DNA of 64,000 nt, from the NCBI GenBank assembly GCA_043228905.1, contig JBHGNT010000006.1:15748001-15812000 (forward strand), read 5' to 3'. This document shows positions 25,901 to 38,333 of this stretch, piece after piece. Source of the stretch: Azolla caroliniana. Its lineage: Eukaryota > Plantae > Polypodiophyta. The translations under genes and the position numbers were made by a program. Each line of letters starts with the position of its first letter. Position 1 is the first letter of the stretch. The notes under the pieces were generated by a model. The model made no database searches and was not told the origin of the DNA. It worked only from the letters and a program-made list of their open reading frames with translations.

Positions 25901-28566
25901 TGCCGTGTTGCTCCAACATCTCGCGAAACCGTTCTTCTTCTTTTTGTAATAGGAACCCACCTCCACCGATCTGAAGTTTCTTCCGGGTCTCATCCGTGAA
26001 GGCATGTCCGATATCCACGGACTTCCGAAGTGTCGGATCTCCCAAGACTTCTTTCCTCTTTTGTTCGCTATCGGCGGGTAGTGGTCCCGTGGCCGGTTTC
26101 ACCTTCTTCTCCACGGTCTTGTATTTCGTACTTACCATTGCTTCTTCTTTGCGGAGCGTATCCGGCTCCATTTTCGCAATGATCTCGTACATCTCGACCG
26201 ATTCCACCGGGACTACCCGGTTCCCTTGGCTTTTATCTTCTGCAAGCTCTTCAAGTCGTTGTAGCGTGCTCCCATAGAACACTTCTTCGACTATCCCCAT
26301 GATTTCTTCATCTTCTTTTATTATTGATGCCGACCGCAACTTATCCTCCACTTGTCGATATCCTTTCTTCAATCCTTCGGTTACGGTCGTGTACGTAGAT
26401 GCCCCATCCGAACCGATTCGTACATGTTTTGCTCCGAGAGTTTTCTTCCTATGTGGGGTATCAGGGCTTCTCAGACTATCACCTCCCCACTCCGCAACAG
26501 TCCGCTTTAAAAATCCATTCTCACTTGGGACAAGAGTTCCCTCTAGTTCCTTTCGTGATTTGCTGGCACCATTAGGAATTGGACGGATTTCCCACCGTTT
26601 TGGCTCCGAATTCGCGCAAAAGCCGCACCGCTATCGAGCACCTTCGTCTCCATCCGTGATGTCGTGATAAAGGGTTGGCCGAGGATGACGGAATGTGAAA
26701 CCTCATCTTGCACGAAGAAATTTTGGTCGATCTCAACATCCCAGATCTTCACCGTCACATCCAGACAAGCCGCAAATAGATCTTCTATTGCTTTGGTGGC
26801 CGCCCGAATCTTCCATCCATGGTTGGTGTTAATAGGCCACTTCCCCTTCTGGTAGAACTCCTTGGACATCAAGTTGATCTCCGATCCGTGATCAATCAAT
26901 GCTAGCACGGGTTCTTTGATGTTGCCGATTCGGACCGGAGTCTCCGTAGTCGCGCGTGCCCAATGTGGCCTTGTATAGTGGGAGTTCGGAATTTCGTCCT
27001 CCACTTCGGTGTCGTTCATTAAAACGGTGTTCGCATTCACCCTTGGAGCATTTTCCTCCGTACTTTGTCTTTTTCGCTTCACGAGATCCACGAGAAGATC
27101 GTGGAACTCCTTCTTTGCTATTCCGAGTAGCTCCCGAAGCGAGAAATCTACCCGACTATCCAAGATTCTTTCCTCGAACACTCTTTTCAAGTCGGTTTGT
27201 TGTTCTATGTCCGAGGCGAGCTTGAATGCCGGAGTCGCCTTTTCTTTTCCCTTACCTCCGGAGTTCCAGCTTTCCGGTATCTTCGATGGCCCGGCCGCAT
27301 CCTCCATGCGTCGTCGTTTCTCGTCCACATACACCTTATGCAATTGACACAAGGCGTATACGCTATTCTTGTCGACAGGGCACTCCCATCCCGTAGCTTC
27401 CTGGACGCCTTCCGCGGTGCTTCAGATCTCGTTGGAGTCGGTTTTCTCGGTGTTTTCTAGAACTTCCGGCCAAAAAGACGTCTTTGCTCTCGATGACTCC
27501 CCGACACATATTCCCGCGGTTGTCGCATAGTTGCTTTTTGCCGCCAATTCCTCCTCGAGCACCTTCTTCATGCCGCCTTTCCGGAAGTTCGGTCGGAGTG
27601 GCTTCCGAGAGTCCATCGAATGAATCCAGTTTCCCTCTTAGTAGATGAGATCCCGCCGTAGCGCCTCCTTATGCTCGTCGCAATCCCTCCGATCGTGTTC
27701 GGCGCTATCGCACCATATGCACCATCGGTTCGTATACTTGGAGCTTGTGGGGCGGTCATCCGACTTCTTCACCATCACGATCTTCAGATTCTCCATCTCC
27801 TTCAATAGTTGCTCCACCGTACATGCATCAATCCCCTTCTCGGTTGTAGTCTCTCGAGCCCTCGGTTGTTGGTCTTCCAATCCGGTTCTCGGTTTCGGAA
27901 TCGGTTCCGAAACACTCTTTTCCTCGTTGGCAAGCCATTGCCCCCTCTTCGTGTATTGCGCGACGATATCCCGCACGCTTTCCCATGTTTCGGTGAGGCC
28001 ACTCTCCGTGGTCGTGTCCTCCAAGAGCACTCTGAGATCTTTCCGGTCCCGGACGTCCACGGCTCGCAAGAACATGATCACCTTATCCGGTATGAGGATA
28101 GCTTGATCTCTCGCGGACAACCTCCCGAACCGGCTTTCGAATGCCGAAAACACATCAACGACCTTCAATCCCTTGTCCGGCGTCTCCACCCAATCTTCGA
28201 ATCCCCTTCGCGTCGCCTTGGAGGAATCCTCGATGGCGAACGTCCTCTTTAGCTCTTCTTCAAACGCCTCCCATGTCGGATTTTGTTGTCGTAGCCCATG
28301 GATGCTTGCTTGAAGCCCGTCGGTCGCCACCCAGTTGAACGACGTCACTTGCAGTCCTTCCGATATTCCGCACTGTAGCATCTCCGCCTTGTAGTCCCGA
28401 AGATCCCGCGGCACGTCTTTCCCATTGAATTGCCCGTTTCGTTGCACGAGCCGCTCCACTGATGCCGCTATCTCCGACATCGCGCATTGTTCTTGTAGCA
28501 TGCGCTCGAACATCATCATCATGTTGCTAGCCTCCTGTTGATTTTCCATCTCCTTGCCACCCGGTT

Positions 28567-28584
28567 TTCACGTCGGGTTCACCA
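28567..28584 (-). promoter_or_regulatory. Primer-binding site complementary to the tRNA-Trp 3' end
   Basis: Plus strand reads TTCACGTCGGGTTCACCA, matching the recalled 3' 18 nt of plant cytosolic tRNA-Trp including CCA; 4 nt from the 5' LTR. Confidence 0.85.
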
Positions 28585-28588
28585 ACTG

Positions 28589-29293
28589 TGTCGTGCCTTT
28601 TGGCTCCGTATCGTTGCGTGAGTCGGGTGGGAACTGCCGAGGTTTTTGACTAGGAGGAAGAGGAATACAACTTAAGGCTAGTTATGAATAGTGGAAAGAG
28701 AAGTAAGATAGCAATCTCGTGAATCCCACGAGTTTAGTGTATTTAAAACAATATTTAGATTATAAGAGTAATTTAGATGGCAAAAATTTGTGAATCCCAC
28801 GAATATATTAGCTTGATCAATCCTTGTATATTAATCAACAACCTTATACATATTTCTCTCCTCCTTATATAAAGATGGAAAAGGCGAAGCATGGCTTCAT
28901 GCTTTTTCACCAAAAGTGTCCATGCACACTAAATGTGCATGTGATGCTTTGTCATTTCGTAAGTATAGGGCTCATGCACGCTAGATGTGCATGAGTCACT
29001 TTTAATGTCACGTGTAAATAAAATATTCACACCCTAAAGAATACATGATTTTTACCTTTTAATAAAGGTATCTGTAAATAAAGGTCTTATACGTATTAAA
29101 TCTATATGTATAACACTAAAGATAAGTTATTACAATGGTAAAGTTGGGGTTTATCTATGAGGAGGTGTAGGGTTCGAATCTTGCCCTATGCACGTGATAA
29201 ATGTTTTGATATATTATTTATTTATTTATATGTATCTAAAATCGGATATATTATTTTATGGTTTTCACGTAGTGTGTGGAATACACTACGACA
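28589..29293 (-). repeat. 5' LTR (705 bp)
   Basis: Colinear homology to 22227-22940; TG...CA ends; adjacent PBS. Confidence 0.93.
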
Positions 29294-32200
29294 GCGCGCG
29301 TCAAGAGCCAAGACGGACGGCATTCCGTCCAATTCCTGACCGTACGTTCGAACCATGAGAGGAATCACGAGACCCTCGGCGGCGATAGCTGGGGGGATTT
29401 TTAGAGAGGGCTATCAAGGCGTGGGGCCGCGGTAGTCCGGATGTACCGGAAGAACCCCACACATGTACAGTAGGTAGGAAGTTTTGGTTCTCTGAAAACG
29501 GAGGTTGTACTATAGCCGACGTCGGCGGCCGAGAGAGGAAACGAGCGGAGGAGCGACTCAGGGGATGCGGAATCATCTCCCCCGACGAAGAAATCAGCGG
29601 CGCCGTGGAGGCGGTCTCTTTAGACGACACCTTGGGCGAGTTGCGAAAGGTGATCGGTGAAGACCTTAGAGAAGACCGGACTATGCCGGTTGGTTTGATG
29701 GGAATGTACGAAGTCATCGCGGACTTCGGGGAAGGGATCGGGTCGGATCGGACGGCCCGCATGGATACAAAGTACAAGATTGTGGACCGGAAGGTGAGGC
29801 CAGTCGCGGCACCCTTGCCGGAGGGCAGCGAGGAGCGGATAAAAGGGGTCGCGTCGGACCCAAGCTTACGGAATCCGGCTGGCATAGGTCACCGGTTCAC
29901 CGACATAACGCTACGGGAGCTCAAGGTCGGTGGGGGTGGCTTTCTACTACCAGCGGAGGAGGACAGGTTTCGGAGAATGCTTGGAAGGCATGAGAAAGCC
30001 TTCGCGTTCTCGCCGGAGGAGATCGGGTGCATGGACCCGACGATCATTGAACCAATGGTGATCTTCACGGTACCACATGTACCGTGGAATCTGAAACCAA
30101 TTCCGGTGCCAAGAGCTCACATCCCGAAGTTGATGGAGCTTCTGAAGCAAAAGGTGGAGATGGGCATCCTCGAACCGTCGAGTGCCCCGTATTCGAATCA
30201 TTGGTTTACGGTGCCAAAGAAGAACAGCACGCTGCACTTCATTCAGGACCTGCAACCGGTCAATAGGGTGACCATCTGTAACGCGGGAATCGGATTGACC
30301 ATAGACGAGTTCGCGGAGGCCTTCGCTGGGAGGTCAATCTATTTGGTCGGTGACTTATACTCAGGCTACGACCAATTCCAGCTAGCCGTGGAGAGCATGG
30401 ATATCACGACGATGTGAACCCCTCTCGGCCTGGTACGAATGTGTACCCTACCACAAGGCGGGATGAACTCGGTGGCGCATATGGTGAACGCAATGAACAA
30501 AGTGCTGAGGGACTGCATCCCGGACATCACCATGCCATTCTTGGACGACATCCCAATAAAGGGTTGTCCGGTGGAAGATGCGAACGAGACTGTCAGGCCA
30601 GACGGATGTCGGAGGTTCGTCGTGAACCACATCAACGACTGCGAGAGGGTGCTGCAAAGGCTCGAGAGCGCACGACTCACCTTCTCCGGAGAAAAATTGG
30701 CGTTCGGGCAATCAAAGATCTTGGTGGTCAGACACCTGTGCGGACCTTACGATAGGAAACCGTCTCCTGCAAAGGTAGAAGCCATCTCCGCGATGAAGGA
30801 CGACTGCGGGTCGGTTACGGAAGTCCGCAGATTCTTGGGGGCGTGCGCATTCTACCACATCTGGATTCCGCACTACGCGCATGTTGCGGAGCCGCTCTAC
30901 GGGCTATTGAAGAAAGGGCGTAGGTTCGAATGGAGGACGGAGCACACGAAGTCGGTCCGGGGACTAAAGGAGGCGCTTACGGTAGCACCAGCTCTCCATA
31001 AAGCGGCTTATGGCAAGGGCATCCCCATCTACGTGACGGTGCACACAAGCCCGACCGGGATCGGGTGGATGATCAATCAAGAGGATGACGTTGGCACGAG
31101 GTTCCCCATCCGGTTCGGTGCGAAGGTCCTCAGTGAGCGACAGCAAGGATACTCCCAGGTTAAATGCGAACTCTGGGGTATCGTTTCGGCGGTGAAGACC
31201 GATAAAGACTACCTAATCGGGACAGAGGTAATAATCGAGACGGACTGCCTGCCGATTCTTGGCATGGTTTCCGAATGCGCGATGCCAGACCTGGCAATGC
31301 TCCGGTGGATAGCGTACATCAAGTCCCTAAATCCGGAGATACGACACATTTCCGGAAAAGACAATGCCATGGCCAACATGCTCTCAACGGCGAGGTTCGA
31401 AAACGAGGACGGCATGGTTTCGGAGGACGAGGAAGTCGGCGTACATAACGACCAGATAGGGGAGCACTCCGGCGCTTAACGAATTTGACAAGAGCAAGTA
31501 TGACGGGGAGTGGCTTCAGATCGGCGGGCTCCTGAAAACAATGACACCGAACGCAGCGTGGACGAAGGAAGAGACCAACCGGATCCGGAAGAAAGCGTAC
31601 CGATTCTTCCTTCGAGACGGATACATATGGAAGCACCCGAAGAAGAGGGACGACATCCCGCTCCGAGTGGTGGCGAAGAAGGAGGAACATGAGGAGTTGC
31701 TGGAGGCCTACCACGAGAGTCCCTGGGCCGGACACCGCGGGACGTGGGCCACGTTCGAGAAGCTAAAGGGGAAGTATTGGTGGTCGGGACTGTACCAGGA
31801 CGTGCATCGGTTCGTGACGACTTGCGAAAGCTGCCAGATGCACTCCATAGTCTGACACCGGGACGAGCTTCACCCGACCTACTCTCCGACCATCCACTTC
31901 AAATGGATGGTGGATTTGGTGACGATGCCGATGGGGGTAGGACAGATGCGATACCTTGTGCTTGTGCGGGAAGACTTAACGAACCAGGTCGAAGGTCGTG
32001 CACTATAGAACAAGACAACCGCGGTGGTATGCCAGTTCCTGATTGAAGAGGTAGTGTGTCAGTACGGTGCGTCGGGAGGATCGTGGCGGACTGGGGAGAG
32101 CTGGATGCGTGGGAAGCTGAGGAGTTGTTCGACCGGCTAGGGGTCAAACTCTCCCTCACTACAGTGTACAATCCGAAGGCGAACGGGAAGGTAGAGCGTG

Positions 32201-33600
32201 GGCATGGGCCGATCGTAAAGGCGTTGGTGCGTGCATGCGGAGGGCAGGTCGAGAATTGGCCGCGGCTCCTTCCTTACGCACTATGGGCAAACCGAATTAC
32301 GCATAGTTCGGTAACCGGGTTCATGCCGGCAAAGCTTATGTACGGACAGAGGCCTATCATGCCAACAGAGCAAACCATCTCCTCATGGGCCACGGTGGAT
32401 TGGAGAGATGAGATGAGCCGGGAGGAGCTGCTAGCGGCATGGATTCGACAACTCGAGCGAAGGCCGGAGGACGTGGAACGAGCCGCGGAGAAGCTTCAGT
32501 TGGCAAGGTTAAAGAACAAAGGGCGGTTCGACCGGACTCACCGACTGTGACCGAAGAAAATCGAGGAAGGCGATTGGGTCCTAGTGTATGACAGCAGCCT
32601 CGACAACCAACACAGGGCAACACAAAAGTTTGCAAGGAGGTGGTTTGGGCCTTACATGGTGACAGGCACCAACGACAACGGGACCTACCATCTTGCAAAG
32701 CTCGACGGTACGAGGATGGCAATACCGGTAGCGGGGAAGAGGGTCAAAGCATTTAAGAAACAACACGAGTGCGAGCCGGATCTGGAAAGCATGGACGGCG
32801 ACGATGGGCGGTCCGAGGCGGATGATGATCCGGAAGACGAGGAGTAAAGCATGGACTGGTTTTCTCCAGCAAGAGCCCAATTTTGGCGCATACCGGTGGA
32901 TGCGCGGTTAGGTGGGGGCGGATGTCATGAAGAAAACCGTCCCTAGGCGGAAACCGAGTTTAGCATGTGTAAACTGGCCCTTACACGCGAGCACACTTTT
33001 CGTTGTATGGTAAGTAGGTAGGTATAAGTCGGCTGAGGTGAAATCCTAGGTAGCACGTATTCAATAGGGAGAGAGTCGAGGTGTATCTCTGTCCGAATGT
33101 GATGTAACGGATGATAACGGCCTCCCTCCTTGGGCTATAAAAGAGAGGGAGAGGAAAGAAAAAGGGATCGCGCGTTAGAGAGGACGAAGTGCTGCCGGAC
33201 TGGGACCAAGCCCTTCTCCTCTGCCACTCTCCATAGCCATTTTGCGCAGGTTTTCGGGAGGCTGACTCTGCTCCGTGGAACGCCCGTGTGCTTCCGGCAG
33301 AGTCTCCATCTCGCTCTTCTGTGTGTGAGTGAACAGGCGTCGGTGTTCGCCTTGCCGGCCTGTTAGTTGTAACCGTCTTGATATATATATATATATATAT
33401 ATACATACGTGTTCATATACTCAGGTTTCTAGTCGTCTCATTTTGCTGTGTTGTTGGACTGTGATTCCTGCGTGCTCCCATGTCTGCGCGTGTGCAAGTG
33501 CGTCCATCGCCTTTCCATTCTCCCCCTTCTCAGCTATTTCTCGGTCCAAGACCCCGGTGGTCCCACCTCGTTCTCCACGCACGCGCGTAACAACACGACA
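29294..33600 (+). mobile_element. 5'-truncated Ty3/Gypsy element of a sister family (pol plus 3' LTR 32923-33600)
   Basis: Pol ORFs 29605-32847 are clearly homologous to the 23346-26372 protein (VPWNLKPIPVPRAHIPK, RRFLGACAFYHIWIPHYAH). PPT GGTGGGGGCGGA precedes TGTCATG at 32923; LTR ends CACGACA at 33600; TATA-like CTATAAAAG at ~33136. Confidence 0.92.
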
Positions 33601-35216
33601 ATGGGTGAGCGACCATGCGGCCCTCACCAGGAACTCGAACACAAACGGGTGAGCAACCATGCGGCCCTCACCAGGAACTCGAACACGAACAAGTGAGCGA
33701 CCATGCAACCCTCACCAGGAACTCGAACACGAACGGGCATGAGTGGCCATGCGGCCCTCACCGAGAACTCGAACACGAATGAGTGAGCAACCATGCGGCC
33801 CTCACCGGGAACTCGAACACGAACGGGCGTGAGCGGCCATGCGGCCCTCACCAAGAACTTGAACACGAACGGGTGAGCGACCATGCGGTCCTCACCGGGA
33901 AGTCGAACACGAACGGGCATGAGCGGTCATGCGGCCCTCACCGGGAACTCGAACACGAACGGGTGAGCGACCATGCGGCCCTCACTGGGAACTCGAACAC
34001 GAACGGGCATGAGCGGCCATGCGGCCCTCACCGGGAACTCGAACATGAACGAGTGAGCGACCATGCGGCCCTCACCGGGAACTTGAACACAAACGAGCGC
34101 GAGCGGCCATGCGGCCCTCACCGGGAACTCGAACACAAATGGATGAGCGACCATGCGGCCCTCACTGGGAACTCGAACACGAATGGACATGAGCGGCCAT
34201 ACAGCCCTCACCGGGAACTCGAACAGGAACGAGTGAGCGACCATGCGGCCCTCACCAGGAACTCGAACACGAACAGGTGAGCGACCATGCGGCCCTCACC
34301 AAGAACTCGAACACGAATGGGCATGAGCGACCATGCGGCCCTCACCGGGAACTCGAACACAAACTAGTGAGCGACCATGCAGTCCTCACCAAGAACTCGA
34401 ACACGAATGGGCATGAGCGGCCATGCGGCCCTCACCGGGAACTCGAACACGAACAGCTGAGCGACCATGCCGCCCTCACCGGGATCTCAAACACGAACGG
34501 GCGTGAGCGACCATGCGGCCCTCACCGGGAACTCGAACATGAACGGGAGTGAGCGACCATGTGGCAGTCCTCGTCGGGAACTAGAACACAAATACCAACG
34601 GGCGTGAGTGACCATATGTGGTCCTCACGGGGAACACGAACACCAACAAGCATGAGAGACCATGTTGGTCCTTGCCGAGAGTTGAAACATGACCATCAAC
34701 AAGCGTGAGCAACCTTGTGCGGTCCTCACCGGGGACTGGAATATGAACAACACCTGGCATGAGCGACCATGTCGTTCCTCGCCGGGATCTAGAACACGAA
34801 CAATAGCTAGAGTGAACGACCATGTGCGGTCCTCACCGGAGACTAGAACACGAATACCAACGGGCATGAGTGACCATGTGCAGTCCTCACAGGGAACACG
34901 AACACTAATGGGCATGAGAGACCATGACGGTCCTCACCAAGGGTGGGAACACGAACACCAATGGGCGGGAGCGACCATGCGGCCCTCACAGAGAACTGAA
35001 CACGAACGGGCATGAGTGACCATGCGACCATCACCAAGAATTGGAACACGAACGGACGTGAGCGACCATGTGTGGCCCTCATTGGGAATTGGAACATGAG
35101 CGACCATGTGGGGTCCTCATCGAAAACACGAACGGGCGTGAGCAACTATGCGGGCCTCACCGAGAACTGAACATGAACGGGCGTGAGCGACCATGCGGCC
35201 CTCACCGAGAACTCAG
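33601..35216. repeat. GC-rich minisatellite: 44/46-bp units forming a 90-bp dimer, roughly 35 units
   Basis: Unit GAGCGACCATGCGGCCCTCACCGGGAACTCGAACACGAACGGG(T/CAT). Alternating lengths give the 30-aa periodicity of ORF 33783-34280. Longer, more diverged units after ~34560. Confidence 0.95.
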
Positions 35217-35537
35217 CACTTGGTGTGTCCGTGACAATTTGAATCCCTTGAAAGGGACCAAGGAGGTTACAAGTATTTATAGAAGTTCCGAGATTGAATA
35301 TCTCTAGAATATACTCAAGACATATCTCTAGAATATACCATACAATATCTCTAGAATATACTAACGACTAGAATATTCTAATTTTGAAATGTACTATACA
35401 CTAGACCATAGAATACTAACCTGTATTATATACAAATGTATGCTCATGTCAAATTGGTTGAGCATGATGTCTTCTAAATGTGAGGTTGCAAGTTCAATCC
35501 TCATTAACTATGTACTTGATGTCATTATGTCGTGACA
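33601..35537 (-). mobile_element. Probable LTR (minus orientation) containing the minisatellite, truncated by the preceding element
   Basis: Minus-strand start TGTCACGAC at 35537; CTAGAATAT repeats; minus-strand TATA (CTATAAATA) at ~35274-35282 upstream of the repeat array. Confidence 0.5.
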
Positions 35538-35539
35538 AT

Positions 35540-35725
35540 AACCTTCCAATGTGGGGTTACCCGAGCCGAATCTAAAACACACGCTCGAGGTGCCTCTAAG
35601 GTACCAAAGTATCCACTTGACCGCGGCCCAATGCTCATATATCGGTTGACGACTCCGAAAGCATATTCGATGTCCGGCCTACTACAAAACATCGCGTACA
35701 TCAGGCTTCCGATTGCCGAGGTAGG
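35540..35725 (-). mobile_element. Ty1/Copia reverse transcriptase C-terminal fragment
   Basis: Minus-strand translation SAIGSLMYAMFCSRPDIEYAFGVVNRYMS...HWK matches the Copia motif SAVGSLMYAMxCTRPDIAYAVGVVSRYMS. Confidence 0.85.
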
Positions 35726-37215
35726 TTTTGTGTTGCGCGCTTATTTAGGCCAAATTTGTAAATAGTCCTAAGTTATATAAGTATAAAGATAACTAGGGCA
35801 AAATTTGAAGTGAGAGTCAATTCGAGTTTTACTATGTAATTGTGTGTGAGAGAGTGTGTTGTTGCATCTCTATTGTAACTGCCATCAGGCGAAGAAGACG
35901 AGCTCGAGGTTGCTGCCTATGAGTCTCCTTGTATTTCCTCTTTTATAGTGATACAGTTTGGAGTTTGGGGAGTCCTGTGGTTTTTCGCTATTAGGGTTTC
36001 AACGTTAAAAATATCTTGTGTCTCTGTAACGTTTTGTTTGTTTTTGTCTTCTATGTTTTTCTGTCGGTTTAATATGTTGCACCTCTCATACGTAAGTCTA
36101 CAACCGGTTTTGGCCGACTTTGAACCCACTCTGTAATTCGTGGTCATTTTATTTATGACGTTTACTCCCGACCCACCATCAATGATACTATGGGGTATCT
36201 CTTGGTCCTGGATGATGACCTTTATTGAAGGATTGTGTTCATCCATGATTGTCGGCCCCGTAATCGGATTAGTAAAATTAACCGACACCTAGTCCGACCC
36301 GTTCTTTGTAATTATGTGTGCTACCTTTTCTTTAAATCAAGATACTAATTTTAGTAATCCTGTCAGTGGCAATGTGATTTGGCAATCCGCCAAGACCCTC
36401 CATGTTTCATCTTCTGATGATGATTGTTATAATACCTTCTTTGACCAAATTTCCGAATTCACTAGTGTGTCGTTTAGTTTGGTATTATCGTGCAACATTC
36501 TTATTAGAGATCTAGGTACTAAAGTAAGCTTAAGATAAGGATAAAGTAATGATAGATAGAAAGGAGAAAGAGAAAGAAGGGTGCCGATCCACCCGACCAC
36601 CCCCGAGCGAAGGGATCGAGACGGACTCGAGCCTCGATCGGTGTCCCATACCACCGTCGTGGCGTCGACTCGTACCTGGTGCTGGCGCGCTCGCTACAAG
36701 AGTTGACCCACCACAAGAGCAGAGTCTCGATGTAGTCAAAAGATGATCAAATGAGGGTAGTTAGGCCTCTTATTTATAGCAATATCCAAGGCCCCCAGGC
36801 AAGTTCACACTTGACCTAATGGGTTGTCTCAATCCCGAGGATTAAAAGTAATCCTCCCCTTCTTTACACTCTCGTTTAACCCTCACACTTATCCACGTGT
36901 ATAGAATACTACGGTAAATTCTCACCACGGGATATTAAATGGTCATGCTCGTAACAATTCTAGTGGCATTCTTATTATTTGCTTCCTCTACCCATTCTTT
37001 AGCCGCCTTCTGCACTACTTCCTGTATTTCCCACTTGAACTATTTAGTTTTGCTCCGAGTCGTCACTTGTTGTACTTCAATAGTTACCATATTCACCGCA
37101 GGAGCCGTTTCTTTTTCCTTTGCCGAGCATTGATTTGCATAGTGCCCATTTTTTCCACAGATATAGCAAATAGGTTTAGTCAGCCCACTAGCTTCCCCTT
37201 TTTCATAATGTGATT
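35726..37215 (-). mobile_element. Gypsy gag-protease fragments (related to the 11.9-kb family) interrupted by LTR-like pieces
   Basis: Knuckle CYICGKNGHYANQC and PAVNMVTIEVQQVTTRSK (37040-37200; compare EEVQQVTTRQQ at 12730); protease IIDGGSGVNVI (~36150-36190). LTR-like inserts at ~35730-36130 and ~36520-36935 with uncertain edges. Confidence 0.7.
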
Positions 37216-37579
37216 GCTGAACTGTTAAGGACAAAAGAAGAATGGAACTACAAGGACACGATTGACAAGCACAAAAAGAAAATAGCATTAACTAGTGTTG
37301 TTCACCTTGAATTCATTCAAGGTAAACTCAACTATTTATACTAACCGGCATGCATACCTGTTGCACACACGTGATACAATAGAGCATATCAGTTCACATG
37401 CATGTGCCAAGTGTAAATAATACAACAGAGCAATTATACACATGATGCGAGCTTAAAACTACAAGGAGCAATTATGCACATGACCGGATATGTTCGAATC
37501 TTGACATGACCGTGACATTATCTCCCTTGTTTAGTGCAGGCTTGTGTGGGTAGTGGAGGTGGAAAGCACAAACTACCTC

Positions 37580-37671
37580 GGTGGTTTCATGGTTCAGTTC
37601 GATTTGGTTTCAAAATTTTAAACGATTCGGTTTTGACACTCAAGCCGAACCAAACCGTTGCCGATTGTTAG
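37580..37671 (-). repeat. Fragment of an AACCG/CGGTT-rich non-autonomous element
   Basis: Reverse complement CTAACAATCGGCAACGGTTTGGTTC... aligns with sequence starting at 51132. Confidence 0.75.
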
Positions 37672-38333
37672 TTTTGAGTCAAAAAGATAAGTTTTCATTG
37701 CTGTAACATATATAAGTCTGTCCATGGCCAGCTGAGTATTTTCATTGAATATCTCACAAGATTCACAAAGAAGCAAATTTTCATATAATACTCATAGAAT
37801 AATGCAAAGCTCTAAGTGCTACAGTGACGGAATTTCCAGTTACAAATAATGTCAATGATTCTTTCAGGTATGCGTGGAAAATGTACACATGGGATTTACC
37901 CAGAAACACATCTTCCTGCAATACTCAAATAGAATAATGCACGGTTATACAGTTTAGTGTTGTGATGGTAGAAGTTCCAGTCCGATAACTAAAATGATAC
38001 TTTCGAGTATGCGCGGAAAACCTTCACATTACGAGTGAAATAGAACAATGTACAGTTTTAAATGCTATAATGATGGAAGTTCCAGTTACACCTTCAACGA
38101 CACTTTTGGGTATGTGTGAATGACCTTCACATAATGATCACAGATGTAGGAAATATACTGTGATGGATTTAGATTTGATTTTTCTATTGCAAAAGACATT
38201 TTAAGCTATATTTTACAACATTGTCATTTGCATATAAGCACCATCAAATTCGATCCGACGCCCATTATACAAGATGGTGTGCATTATATATCCTCTGGGT
38301 GGTAAAAAGTAAAAAACCTATACAATAATCAGG

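Larger units (their letters stand above)
22227..29293 (-). mobile_element. Two-LTR Ty3/Gypsy retrotransposon (gag-PR-RT-RH-INT), decayed, no matching TSD
   Basis: LTRs 22227-22940 and 28589-29293 with TGTCGT...ACGACA ends. gag 28549-27638 with CIWC..H...C knuckle; protease LIDHGSEIN (27352-26543); pol 26372-23346 (DLYSGYDQ, FLDDI, VDTSPTGIG, H..AGH..CEKC, NPEANGKIERGH). Flanks TACGT and GCGCG differ. Confidence 0.95.

Noticed and set aside
23296-32891. Numerous antisense and overlapping ORFs within the Gypsy pol regions
   Set aside because: Shadow ORFs of GC-rich coding sequence with no recognisable motifs.
33624-35307. Repeat-protein ORFs on both strands
   Set aside because: They are by-products of the GC-rich 44/46-bp minisatellite; frames break wherever the unit length changes.
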